64,000 bases of DNA from an uncultured Poribacteria bacterium. GTDB taxonomy: Bacteria > Poribacteria > WGA-4E > WGA-3G. Below, one piece after another: positions 39,658-49,079 of the stretch. A model generated the notes under the pieces. The model ran no database searches. It saw only the letters and a program-made list of their open reading frames with translations, and was not told the origin of the DNA. The stretch lies in assembly GCA_958296135.2 (NCBI GenBank), contig CATQHZ020000001.1, forward strand, positions 2,528,001-2,592,000, in the 5' to 3' direction. Every line of letters begins with the position of its first letter. The first letter of the stretch is position 1. The position numbers and the translations under genes are program-made.

Positions 39658-41715
39658 TTACGCAAGCGATCTTGCCACATGTTCGTGGATGTAGCATTCC
39701 AAGACATCGCCAACCTTCAGATCCGCGAACGTCTCAATGCCGATGCCGCATTCATAGTTCGCCTGCACCTCGTTCACGCTGTCCTTGAAACGGCGGAGCG
39801 AATTCACCTTGCCCTCGTGAATTAAGCGGTTATCGCGCAGCACCCGCAAAGGCTGGTTGTAAGAAATTCTACCCCAGTTGACATAACTGCCCGCGACGAG
39901 CCCGAGCCGCGGCACTTTGAAGAGCTCCCGCACTTCAGCACGGCCGATGACAACCTCGCGCACCTCCGGCTCGAGTAGGCCTTCCATGGCAGAACGGATA
40001 TCGGAAATGAGGTTATAGATGATGTTATAGGTGCGCACATCAATGCCCTCCGTCTCCTTCGCTTGCACCGCTTCCGTAGTCGGATGAACGTTGAAACCGA
40101 CGACGATAGCCTGCGATGCCGAAGCAAGCAGGATGTCTGTTTCCGTAATCCCCCCAGCCGCTTGGTGGATAATGTTGATTTTCACCTCATCGGTACTGAG
40201 ATTGACTAGCGACTCAGAGACAACTTGCACAGAACCCTGCACATCGCCTTTGACAATCACGTTCAGTTCCTTGACATCTCCCTCCTGAATCTGTTGGAAG
40301 AGAGCATCGAGACTGACATGGCTCTTCGCGCCAAGCTTCTCGGTGCGGTACCTGTCTTGCCGAGTCTCGCTGATGGATTTCGCATCCTTTTCCGATTCAA
40401 CGACGTGGAACCGGTCGCCAGCCTCCGGAACCCCGGTAAAGCCGAGGACTTCAACTGGAGACGAAGGACCTGTGTTCTTCATCCGTTTCCCGAAGTCATC
40501 CATCATCGCGCGCACTTTCCCAGAGTATCTACCAGACACGAACACGTCGCCCACTTTCAGCGTTCCAGATTGCACGAGGACGGTCGCGACTGCACCGCGG
40601 CCTTTGTCCACCTGCGCTTCAATGACAACGCCGCGCGCCAACTTATCCGGATTCGCCTTCAGTTCAAGTAGCGCGGCCTCAAGGAGGAGCATCTCCAGCA
40701 AAAAGTCAATACCGGTTCCATCTATCGCCGAGGTCTCCACGCAGATTGTCTGCCCGCCCCATTCTTCTGGAATGAGTTCATGTTCCGCCAGTTGTTGTTT
40801 AACAAAGTCTGAGCGCGCGCCGGGGACATCAATTTTGTTAATCGCGACGACGATGGGGACATTAGCGGCTTTGGCGTGGTTGAGTGCCTCTATCGTCTGC
40901 GGCATTACGCCATCGTCGGCAGCAACAATCAGCACAACAATATCTGTCACTTGTGCGCCGCGCGCCCGCATCGCCGTGAAGGCGGCGTGGCCGGGGGTAT
41001 CCAAGAAAACGATGCTACCAGTATCCAACGTCACATGGTAAGCACCGATATGTTGGGTGATATTACCGGCCTCAGATTCACTGATGTTTGATTGCCGAAT
41101 TCTATCTAGGAGCGACGTTTTGCCGTGGTCCACGTGGCCCATGATAGTGATAACCGGGGCGCGCGGCCGGAGTGTCTCCGGCGGATCGGGTGTCTCCGCT
41201 AAAAGGGTGTCCTCCAGCGTTGGTGCTTTAATGGCTTCAAAACTAAAGTGCGTGCTAAGCCCGGCCAGCGTATCGTAATCCAACCGCTGATTGATGTTCG
41301 CCATCACCCGCAGGTTCATCAGACGGAGGATGAACTCGTTTGGCAGCAAATTGAGCGACGCAGCCAGGTCGGCAACGGTAATGCCCTCGGTGATTTGCAA
41401 GGGGGTGCTGCGCCCGGCAGCTGCACCGATATCAGCCGTGCCTATCGCAGCATCATCCTGTTTCGCGGCGGCTTCCTCCTGCGGTTCATCCTGCAATTCC
41501 GCTTCTAGCAACGCGACTGTTTTCGCATCAAGCGGACTCATGTGGTTTTTGACGCGAATCCCGTGCGCCGCGAGCAAGTCAAGGAGCACCTTGCTCCTCA
41601 AGTTATACCGCTTTGCCAATTCATGCACACGCATGCTTGTCGGGGTAAGTTGATTGTCCTCACGATTCGCTTTGGCCGAGCGCGGCTGCCGCCTCCGCCG
41701 TGGGGCTTTTCTCAT
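39658..41715 (-). CDS. infB: Translation initiation factor IF-2
   Basis: MGHVDHGKTSLLD, DTPGHAAF and NKID motifs; IF2 N-domain. Confidence 0.98.
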   Translation of the reverse strand: MRKAPRRRRQPRSAKANREDNQLTPTSMRVHELAKRYNLRSKVLLDLLAAHGIRVKNHMSPLDAKTVALLEAELQDEPQEEAAAKQDDAAIGTADIGAAAGRSTPLQITEGITVADLAASLNLLPNEFILRLMNLRVMANINQRLDYDTLAGLSTHFSFEAIKAPTLEDTLLAETPDPPETLRPRAPVITIMGHVDHGKTSLLDRIRQSNISESEAGNITQHIGAYHVTLDTGSIVFLDTPGHAAFTAMRARGAQVTDIVVLIVAADDGVMPQTIEALNHAKAANVPIVVAINKIDVPGARSDFVKQQLAEHELIPEEWGGQTICVETSAIDGTGIDFLLEMLLLEAALLELKANPDKLARGVVIEAQVDKGRGAVATVLVQSGTLKVGDVFVSGRYSGKVRAMMDDFGKRMKNTGPSSPVEVLGFTGVPEAGDRFHVVESEKDAKSISETRQDRYRTEKLGAKSHVSLDALFQQIQEGDVKELNVIVKGDVQGSVQVVSESLVNLSTDEVKINIIHQAAGGITETDILLASASQAIVVGFNVHPTTEAVQAKETEGIDVRTYNIIYNLISDIRSAMEGLLEPEVREVVIGRAEVRELFKVPRLGLVAGSYVNWGRISYNQPLRVLRDNRLIHEGKVNSLRRFKDSVNEVQANYECGIGIETFADLKVGDVLECYIHEHVARSLA

Positions 41716-41942
41716 AATAATTCCTCCTTTTTCGCTCCGCCGAGCCGATACCTGCTACCCTTCCGGAAAAACGCATCCTCAATGCACGTTTCAGAACGGC
41801 AGGTGTAGACACCACGCCCGGGGAGATTCTTGTGCCGGTCCAACTGCACCACTCGTCCCGCTTGACACGCGAATCGGATTAAGGTCCTCTGCGGAAATTT
41901 ACCTCGGCACCCAATACAGGTGCGAATAGGTTGTTTCACCAT
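41712..41942 (-). CDS. ylxR: YlxR (DUF448) RNA-binding protein
   Basis: PIRTCIGC...LIRF...GRGVYTC...C motif. Confidence 0.88.
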   Translation of the reverse strand: MVKQPIRTCIGCRGKFPQRTLIRFACQAGRVVQLDRHKNLPGRGVYTCRSETCIEDAFFRKGSRYRLGGAKKEELL

Positions 41943-42065
41943 GGCAGTCCAAAACCAGAAAGATTCAGTTGTCCCTCTTTGATGTTACCCACGAATCGGA
42001 CGGTTGCGAGCCCGAACAACAGATATGGGACAACTCAATGCCTCCGGTCCAAAACGGAGTGACGT

Positions 42066-43739
42066 TTAGGGTATCTCCTCGTCACATTCCTCGTCAAATT
42101 CTTCAACGCTCAGTGCTGCTATCGCCTCCAGCTCAACACCCTCGCTTGAAACGGCAGGTGCTGTTTCTGCATGTTCGCCTGACGATTCAGGTCTGTCATC
42201 TTCAACGACAGGTGCCGGTGCCTCATCAGCTGCAGTCGCCGTCAATTCGGGTTCAACGGCCTCAACGCCAAGCACGGGCTCTTCTGCCGTGTCAAATTCT
42301 TCAACGCTCAGTGCTGCTATCGCCTCCAGCTCAACACCCTCGCTTGAAACGGCAGGTGCTGTTTCTGCATGTTCGCCTGACGATTCAGGTCTGTCATCTT
42401 CAACGACAGGTGCCGGTACCTCATCAGCTGCAGTCGCCGTCAATTCGGGTTCAACGGCCTCAACGCCAAGCACAGGCTCTTCTGCCGCGAACATCGCCTC
42501 CTGCGAGAGCGGCCGCGCCTCTTCGTCCGTTTCCTCTTCCTGCAAGAGCGCGGTTTCAGCGACAGGCGCGTCCGCTTCCGTAAGCATCGCTTCCCCCGGC
42601 CCGGAATGGACGGCAGGCGCGTCGGAGAATATCTCCGCACCTGCAGCGACACCTTCTTCTCCGACATCCTGCAATGCCGCCGGTTTGAAGAGTTCATCAA
42701 TAGAGACAACTGCCTCCGATTCACTCTTGATGTCAATCTTCCACCCGGTCAGCTTCGCAGCGAGGCGCGCATTCTGGCCACGCCGCCCAATGGCAAGCGA
42801 GAGTTGATTGTCCGGGACAATGACGCGGGCATTTCTGGCCGCCTCGTTGAGCTCAACCCGCGAGACCGTGGCGGGACACAGCGCGTTGCCGATAAAAACT
42901 CTCGGGTCATCGCTCCACTCCACCAAATCGATCTTCTCATCATCCAACTCAGCGACAATGCTTCGCACGCGGACACCTTTAACACCGACGCATGTGCCGA
43001 CAGCATCGATTGACTCTTCCACCGCGGTGACAGCAACTTTCGAGCGTTTCCCAGGGTCGCGGGCGATTTCCACGATTTGCACCTGGCCTTCAAAAATTTC
43101 AGGCACCTCTTGTTCAAATAACACCTGGATCAGGTTTTTATCGGTGCGTGAGACGACGATGGGCGCGCCTCGGTTCGCCTCCCGCACCTGTAAGATGAGG
43201 CATTGCAACCGTCTGCCGCGTTCGTAACTGTGCCCTGGCGCAACCTCGCGCAGCGGCAAAAACGCCTCGGTTCGTTCCAAATCGAGAATGATGCCCCGGC
43301 GTTCAAACCGCTGGACATGGCCCGTGACAAGCTCGCCCTCGCGCCCCTCAAATTCATCGTAGATTTTCTCGCGCTCCGCCTCTTTTATTTTTTGACGGAG
43401 GATCTGCCGCGCTAATTGCGCCGGGATCCGCCCAAACTCCATCGGATTAATTTCCACCTCAAGCGTTTGCCCAAGTTCCGCACCGGCATGGAGCTTCCGC
43501 GCAGTGTCAATCGGAATCTCTTTCAAGAAATCCCGCATAATGTTGACAACTTTTTTCGGCACATAGCACCGTATCTCGCTCGCGTCAAGGTTAATCTCCA
43601 CAGAAACATCGGCATTCGCACCGTAAACGCGACGCGCCGCCGCGAGCAGAGCCGCCTCGATCGCCTCAACGAAAACTTGCTGCGGTAACTCCGTATGCGC
43701 TGTGTTTTGACGAAGAACATTTTGCAGGTTTGCTAACAT
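42066..43739 (-). CDS. nusA: Transcription factor NusA with long acidic C-terminal tail
   Basis: FGRIPAQ, ARDPGKRSK and LSLAIGRRGQNARLAAKLTGWKIDI motifs. Confidence 0.97.
   Translation of the reverse strand: MLANLQNVLRQNTAHTELPQQVFVEAIEAALLAAARRVYGANADVSVEINLDASEIRCYVPKKVVNIMRDFLKEIPIDTARKLHAGAELGQTLEVEINPMEFGRIPAQLARQILRQKIKEAEREKIYDEFEGREGELVTGHVQRFERRGIILDLERTEAFLPLREVAPGHSYERGRRLQCLILQVREANRGAPIVVSRTDKNLIQVLFEQEVPEIFEGQVQIVEIARDPGKRSKVAVTAVEESIDAVGTCVGVKGVRVRSIVAELDDEKIDLVEWSDDPRVFIGNALCPATVSRVELNEAARNARVIVPDNQLSLAIGRRGQNARLAAKLTGWKIDIKSESEAVVSIDELFKPAALQDVGEEGVAAGAEIFSDAPAVHSGPGEAMLTEADAPVAETALLQEEETDEEARPLSQEAMFAAEEPVLGVEAVEPELTATAADEVPAPVVEDDRPESSGEHAETAPAVSSEGVELEAIAALSVEEFDTAEEPVLGVEAVEPELTATAADEAPAPVVEDDRPESSGEHAETAPAVSSEGVELEAIAALSVEEFDEECDEEIP
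42093..42488. repeat. 198-bp in-frame tandem duplication in the nusA 3' end
   Basis: 42093-42290 is near-identical to 42291-42488 (66-aa unit). Confidence 0.9.
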
Positions 43740-43986
43740 TCTCCCTCTCCTTTCTCAAATTGTGTTATACCCATCACCGGCTGTCGTTCAAACCCGCCTG
43801 AAGTTTCATAAGTGAATCGGGGCATGTCTCGCATTATTTCCGCAGGGCCTCTTGGAAACAAGGCAGCACCGCGCATCCCCCGAAAAACGTATCTTTCGGG
43901 CCGCTAAGAACTAAAGCGCGCCCCTCTTCATCACAGGCAGTCATCTTCCTTGGCATTACGTCATCCTGATAACGAAAGGGTGCTTA

Positions 43987-44439
43987 TCACCACTCCAACT
44001 GTACCTGCGCCTCGCGAATACGCGAAAGCGCAACGTGAACGCGCCCCCCGACAGCTTGCGTGAGCACCACGTGCCCATCCGATACTTCCGCTACCGTGCC
44101 TTGCACCTCGTCAGGTTGCCCGTTTGCCGCCACGGCATCAATACGAACGCGCCGCCCCTGATTCCGCCGAAAATCCGCCGCCGTCCTCAAAGGCCTATCT
44201 ATCCCCGGCGACGCTACCTCCAACTGCGCATAAGGCACCAAGTGTTGATACACTTCCAAAATCGGACGGACAAGCAGGTTCACCGCTTGGCAATCGGCTA
44301 CCGATAACCCGCCAAGTTTGTGAATTAAGAGGCGTAACGTCTTACCTTGCGCTTCAACGTCTACCAACTCAATGCCCTCGCTGTCCAGCAACGGAACTAA
44401 CGTCTCAACAATAGAGGACTTTTCGGTTTCAGTCATCAT
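43987..44439 (-). CDS. rimP: Ribosome maturation factor RimP
   Basis: ELVDVE, DCQ and LEVASPGIDRPL motifs. Confidence 0.93.
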   Translation of the reverse strand: MMTETEKSSIVETLVPLLDSEGIELVDVEAQGKTLRLLIHKLGGLSVADCQAVNLLVRPILEVYQHLVPYAQLEVASPGIDRPLRTAADFRRNQGRRVRIDAVAANGQPDEVQGTVAEVSDGHVVLTQAVGGRVHVALSRIREAQVQLEW

Positions 44440-44500
44440 CTCTCCTACGCGCAGCCCTTTCCTCTGTAGGTAGGACTCGCCTGAACCCAACTACAAAAAT

Positions 44501-44529
44501 ATATTAACCGCTCTCCGTTTTGAAGTCAA
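44501..44529 (-). promoter_or_regulatory. Putative sigma70 promoter for the rimP operon
   Basis: TTGACT-17 bp-TAATAT. Confidence 0.55.
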
Positions 44530-44535
44530 GCCAAT

Positions 44536-44961
44536 TTAGGAATGCGTTTCAAAAAACTCAATCACTTCACCGCTGGGACCTGTGAAAAAGGCGATAGTCG
44601 CGCTGATGCCGCCGAGTTGCACATCAACCGGCTCCACCGTGATTTTGGCACCCGCCTGCCGGACATGTTCCGTCGCAGCGCGGGCATCGGTTGTGGCGAG
44701 CGCGAAGTGCGTCACCGGATCATTCGGGCTTGCGTCGCCAGCCGACGGTGAATCCGCAGTGGGCTGAAACAGCTCTATATGACTGCCATCGCCCATATCC
44801 AATAGCACTATCTGCCGGTCGGGGCCGCCGAACTCGGCGACAAATTCCATCCCCAAAACATCTTGATAGAAGGACAAGGAGGTGTCCCAATCGCGCGTCT
44901 GGACCGCGATGTGGTGCGTACCACACCCTTGGATCGCTGAATTTTTCGTTCCAACTGCCAT
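44536..44961 (-). CDS. VOC/glyoxalase family protein
   Basis: HHIAV, FYQDVLG, IELF, HFAL and GEVIEF metal-binding pattern. Confidence 0.88.
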   Translation of the reverse strand: MAVGTKNSAIQGCGTHHIAVQTRDWDTSLSFYQDVLGMEFVAEFGGPDRQIVLLDMGDGSHIELFQPTADSPSAGDASPNDPVTHFALATTDARAATEHVRQAGAKITVEPVDVQLGGISATIAFFTGPSGEVIEFFETHS

Positions 44962-45124
44962 CTGATGCCTCCCTCACCTCTTATTATAGCACAAAACCGA
45001 TACATTCGCAAACATTTTGACATAATTATATCATAATTTCACTTGAAAAGTCAAATTAAAATGTTTTGGGGAATTTTTCTAGCCCTATGTCACTCATTTC
45101 CCGGCGAAAAAACCGCCCCTTTAC

Positions 45125-45180
45125 CGTAGGGCGAGGGAAAACCCGGCGATCGCGAATCGCCGAGGGTTCCCCTCGCCATG
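45125..45180 (+). repeat. GTAG REP-like element
   Basis: GTAGGGCGAGGGAA..CGGCGATCGCGAATCGCCGAGGGTTCCCCTCGCC nested hairpin. Confidence 0.75.
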
Positions 45181-45262
45181 CTCGTACCCCCGGCCCACGG
45201 TTTGCAAAACCGCCCAGCGTTGGGGCTTGCAATTTTCCCAAAATTATGCTAGACTATCTCCT

Positions 45263-45877
45263 ATGAGCATGTTTCGTGAACACTGGATCGGCGGGATAGT
45301 TACCTACACCACCTTTTTCGTCATCTCTCTTGTAGCAACCCTCGCCGTTTCACTCCTTACTGAATTACCGCTGACATGGAACCCAACCATCCCCTCACCG
45401 GTGCAGCCGTTGAAAATCATCGGATGCTTCGCCATCGCGGTGCTCTTCGGGTTGTGGCCGGATGTGGACATCAAAAGCAAGAGCCAGAAGCTCTTCTATC
45501 GCGTACTATTTGTCCTGAACGCCGCGCTCCTGGTTTTCGGGATGTATCTCGAATCCGCACTGCTAGGGCTCTTCGCTATGCTCCCGATTATCAGCAAACA
45601 CCGCGGATGGACACACTCCAAAGTTACGATGCTCCTCTTACCGTGCCTCTTCCTGGTCATCCCGATTTACGTGACGTACCCAGAGTGGAGTGCCGGCGGG
45701 GAGAAACCGCTTGAGCTACTCGGATTGCTACTAGAGATGGCAATGCCAAACGCTCTCCAGAACTGGTTACCGTTCTACGTGGCGAGTTTCATCGGCTACG
45801 CGACGCACCTGCATCTCGATGGTATTCTGTTCCAATCGCGCAAAGCACAACGACGAAAGGCAAGGGCCGGCCAATGA
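45263..45877 (+). CDS. Membrane-bound metal-dependent hydrolase (YdjM/DUF457-like)
   Basis: H near the N-terminus, PDVD, HRGWTHS and HLHLD motifs; TTGCAA-17-TAGACT promoter at 45227-45255. Confidence 0.8.
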   Translation: MSMFREHWIGGIVTYTTFFVISLVATLAVSLLTELPLTWNPTIPSPVQPLKIIGCFAIAVLFGLWPDVDIKSKSQKLFYRVLFVLNAALLVFGMYLESALLGLFAMLPIISKHRGWTHSKVTMLLLPCLFLVIPIYVTYPEWSAGGEKPLELLGLLLEMAMPNALQNWLPFYVASFIGYATHLHLDGILFQSRKAQRRKARAGQ

Positions 45878-47313
45878 AAAAGTTGATACCGCGCTTGCAA
45901 AGCGCGCACACGGAAGGATTGCCTTGGAGAGATGACTTCTACCCCGCGAGAGTAGCCGCTCTCTGTCAGCGTGCACCTATTCTCTCTGCACTCGGACCCT
46001 TCGCGAAAACACACGGGGTGGAACTCTACCTCGTCGGCGGCAGCATCCGCGACCTGCTGCTCAATCGTCCCACGGCAGATCTGGACTTCGCGTTGGCTAC
46101 GGACGCACTTCCGTTTGCGAAAGCGTTTGCCACTCACATCGGTGGGACGTTTATCGCGCTAGATGAACGGCCACCCACGGCGCGCGTCGTCCTCAAAACG
46201 CAAACCCTGAGCCTGGATTTCGCGCAATTTCGTGCCGCGTCCCTTATCGATGATTTGCGCCGCCGCGACCTGACGATTAACGCGATGGCAGCCCCGATTG
46301 AAGCGATTTTGAGGGCTGCGCGCTTACAAAGCGCGCCTAACTATAACGTAGCACAGGAGCCTGTCCCCCGAGAACCCTCCATGTTAATCGATCCGTGTGG
46401 CGGCATGGCAGACCTGGCATCGCGCCAACTCCGATTTCCGAGTGAACAAGTGGTGCGCGATGACCCGCTCCGTTTGATTCGTATCTATCGGCTCGCGGCG
46501 CAACTCCGTTTTGAAATATGTCAGGACTCCCACGCGCTCATCCAGAAATATCACTATCTGTTGCCGCGCGTCACTGCCGAACGGATTCGCGACGAAGTCA
46601 TGAAAATCCTTAAGGTAGAACAGGCGTATCCCTATTTGCAAGAAATGTGGGAAGTAGGACTATTAGCGCATATCGTCCCCATCGCAGGTGCGGGCCCCGC
46701 CTACACTCCTGTAGCGCGAGGGACACCTGTCCCTCGCGAGCTTTGGAGGGCATTAGAGACATTTGAAGCAACCCTCCACGTTTATCCCGACTACGATGCC
46801 TATCTCGAAACGGAGTTAGGGTGGGAAGTCAATCGCCGTTCGTTGATTAAACTCTGCCTGCTTTTGCGAGGTGAACTCGGTGACATAGCGAAACGGCTCC
46901 GGCTGAGCCGCAAAGCGGCGCAGTTCCTGAAATGCCTCGCAGCAGAGCACCGGCAATTGGCAATGGAACAGTTGACGCAACGAGAAATAATTCGCTTCTT
47001 GCGACGGACCGGGTCCGATTGGATAGGCGTGTTGCTTTTCGCATCAGCACTGCATGGAAACCTAACGGACGCGCGCATCACACAGATTGTCGATACCTAC
47101 TACCAGCATTTCCTACCTATCCTCAAGCAGGGGCGGCTCCTCACGGGGAAAGAGCTGATCCAGCAGTTCGGCTTAAAAGAGGGCAGGGAGCTCGGGTTTC
47201 TGCTCAAACAGATTGAAGAACGCCAATTTGATGGCGACATTCGGACGCGCGAGGAGGCTTTCGCCGCGGTGGAAGCGTTGATGCGTCGGATGGACACCGC
47301 CCAAAACCCGTAG
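45874..47313 (+). CDS. CCA tRNA nucleotidyltransferase / poly(A) polymerase family protein
   Basis: VGGSIRD, DLDF, DDLRRRDLTINAMA, DDPLRLIR and ERIRDE motifs; no intact HD motif seen. Confidence 0.88.
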   Translation: MKKLIPRLQSAHTEGLPWRDDFYPARVAALCQRAPILSALGPFAKTHGVELYLVGGSIRDLLLNRPTADLDFALATDALPFAKAFATHIGGTFIALDERPPTARVVLKTQTLSLDFAQFRAASLIDDLRRRDLTINAMAAPIEAILRAARLQSAPNYNVAQEPVPREPSMLIDPCGGMADLASRQLRFPSEQVVRDDPLRLIRIYRLAAQLRFEICQDSHALIQKYHYLLPRVTAERIRDEVMKILKVEQAYPYLQEMWEVGLLAHIVPIAGAGPAYTPVARGTPVPRELWRALETFEATLHVYPDYDAYLETELGWEVNRRSLIKLCLLLRGELGDIAKRLRLSRKAAQFLKCLAAEHRQLAMEQLTQREIIRFLRRTGSDWIGVLLFASALHGNLTDARITQIVDTYYQHFLPILKQGRLLTGKELIQQFGLKEGRELGFLLKQIEERQFDGDIRTREEAFAAVEALMRRMDTAQNP

Positions 47314-47324
47314 GCACGCCTTCA

Positions 47325-48265
47325 AACCGCAGAGGAGATGGCGGTAGTCCGGGATTTCGCGCGTTTTTTGTGTGGGTCGAGAGATCGCGAGGGACAGGCC
47401 CTCGCGCTACGGTGAAAGGGGCCTACGGTGAAAAGGCCCTTCGTCCGTAGGGCGCGGTCCTGTGCCGCGCCATGCTGCGGTCTAGCGAGAGGAATCGCGA
47501 GGAACAGGTTTTCCCGCGCGCGAGGGGAAAGGGGGCCTTTCTTATCGGTCGAGAGATCGCGAGGGACAGGCCCTCGCGCTACGGTGAAAAGGTGCCTGTT
47601 TCGCGCGACGATTAAAAGGCCCCTTCGTCCGTAGGGCGAGGTCTTGTGCCGCGCCATGCTGCGGTTAAAAGCCCCTGAGTCCGTAGGGCGCGGTCCTGTG
47701 CCGCGCCATGCGATGGTAAAAAGGGCCCCTTCGTCCGTAGGGCGCGGTCCTGTGCCGCGCCATGCGTCGATCTGCAGAGGAGATGGCGGTAGTCCGGGAT
47801 TTCGCGCGTTTTTTGTGTGGGTCGAGAGATCGCGAGGGACAGGCCCTCGCGCTACGGTGAAAAGGGGCCTACGGTGAAAAGGCCCTTAGTCCGTAGGGCG
47901 CGGTCCTGTGCCGCGCCATGCTGCGGTCTAGCGAGAGGAATCGCGAGGAACAGGTTTTCCCGCGCGCGAGGGTGAAAGGGGGCCTTTCTTATCGGTCGAG
48001 AGATCGCGGCGGACAGGCCGCCGCGCTACGGTGAAAAGGTGCCTGTTTCGCGCGACGATTAAAAGGCCCCTTCTACCGTAGGGCGCGGTCTTGTGCCGCG
48101 CCATGCGATGGTAAAAAGGGCCCCTTCGTCCGTAGGGCGCGGTCCTGTGCCGCGCCATTCATCGGTCTATCGAGGAGGATCGCGAGGGGAACCCTCGGCG
48201 ATTCGCGATCGCCGGGCCCTCGCGCTACGGTGAAAAGGGGCCTACGGTGAAAAGGGGCCTTTTCT
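47325..48265. repeat. Large BIME-like mosaic of GTAG REP palindromes (left of the lamin-tail gene)
   Basis: Alternating CCGTAGGGCGCGGTCCTGTGCCGCGCCATG (+) and GATCGCGAGGGACAGGCCCTCGCGCTACGG (inverted GTAG) units; internal duplication with ~450-bp offset. Confidence 0.92.
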
Positions 48266-48324
48266 TGCGGGCCGTTTTGAGTCGCAAAAAAATGATAGCA
48301 TCTAAAAAAAATCACATTTTTAAT

Positions 48325-48353
48325 TTGACAAACGCGCAAAAATGTGGTATACT
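48325..48353 (+). promoter_or_regulatory. Strong sigma70 promoter upstream of the lamin-tail gene
   Basis: TTGACA-17 bp-TATACT with extended TG and an AT-rich UP region. Confidence 0.75.
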
Positions 48354-48416
48354 ATATTATATCATATCATCGATTTGGGGCATGACATTCAACGCAACCA
48401 ATAAAGGAGCACGAAC

Positions 48417-48578
48417 GTGAACACTCCATTCCGCGCGGATCACCCGATTCGCCTGCAAACATCTGTGAAAGCGACGCTGAAGCCACCGCGGCTGCGCGCC
48501 GTATCCCCGTTTGCGTTTGCGCCTCCCGTTGATGATGCCCTAGACCAGATTACCCCCCCCTTACTTTACGCCAGTTAA
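48417..48578 (+). CDS. Putative 53-aa leader ORF containing a C8 tract
   Basis: AAAGGAG RBS, GTG start, TAA at 48576-48578; poly-C at 48553-48560. Confidence 0.4.
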   Translation: MNTPFRADHPIRLQTSVKATLKPPRLRAVSPFAFAPPVDDALDQITPPLLYAS

Positions 48579-48910
48579 TCCTTGATAGACTCGACAGGAA
48601 GGGGCTCTGGGGGGATATCCCTGCTCACAATTCCAATATGAAAAACCGCGCGCGGTGCATGCGCGCGACTCACATTGCTCCGTGGCAACCGCTCACGTTC
48701 GCGTGGACGCGGCTGCCACGGGGCTCTTCGCGTTGCACCGACGGCTGCAACGTCGAGGGCCACCAGCGTTGTTCCGGGGAAATTTCTGTCCCCACTAGGG
48801 ATATAAAGGGGCAGGATAACCGTGGGCATTCGCCCACGGTTACCCTGTTTTCTCCGAGACTGCGACATCTGCTGCGCTCTACTGCAATCGGTGGGACGAC
48901 AACGGTATTA

Positions 48911-49035
48911 TCGGGACCCGAGGTCCCTCCTACTCTTCATGTTTCCGCCGCAATCGGTGCGGCGGAAACTCTAAGGCAAGTCGAGACCGGGAGGTCTCTC
49001 CTACATGTTTCCGCCGCAATCGGTGCGGCGGAAAC
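48911..49035. repeat. Two tandem 66-bp units: inverted GTAG REP plus perfect hairpin GTTTCCGCCGCA-atcgg-TGCGGCGGAAAC
   Basis: Hairpin-containing copies at 48938-48969 and 49004-49035. Confidence 0.8.
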
Positions 49036-49079
49036 CCCCTATTCATTTCATTTCATTTTTCTAAGAGGAGAATTTTCCT

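Noticed and set aside
47325-48265. Possible CRISPR array (also 53348-54150, 13026-13160, 62101-62225)
   Set aside because: Units occur in both orientations or abut directly, the linkers are themselves repeated and irregular, and there are no cas genes. This fits REP/BIME mosaics.
47322-48339. ORFs reading MARHRTAPYGRRG... in the repeat clusters (also 53219-54382)
   Set aside because: These are translations of GC-rich palindromic repeats with no RBS or domain signal.
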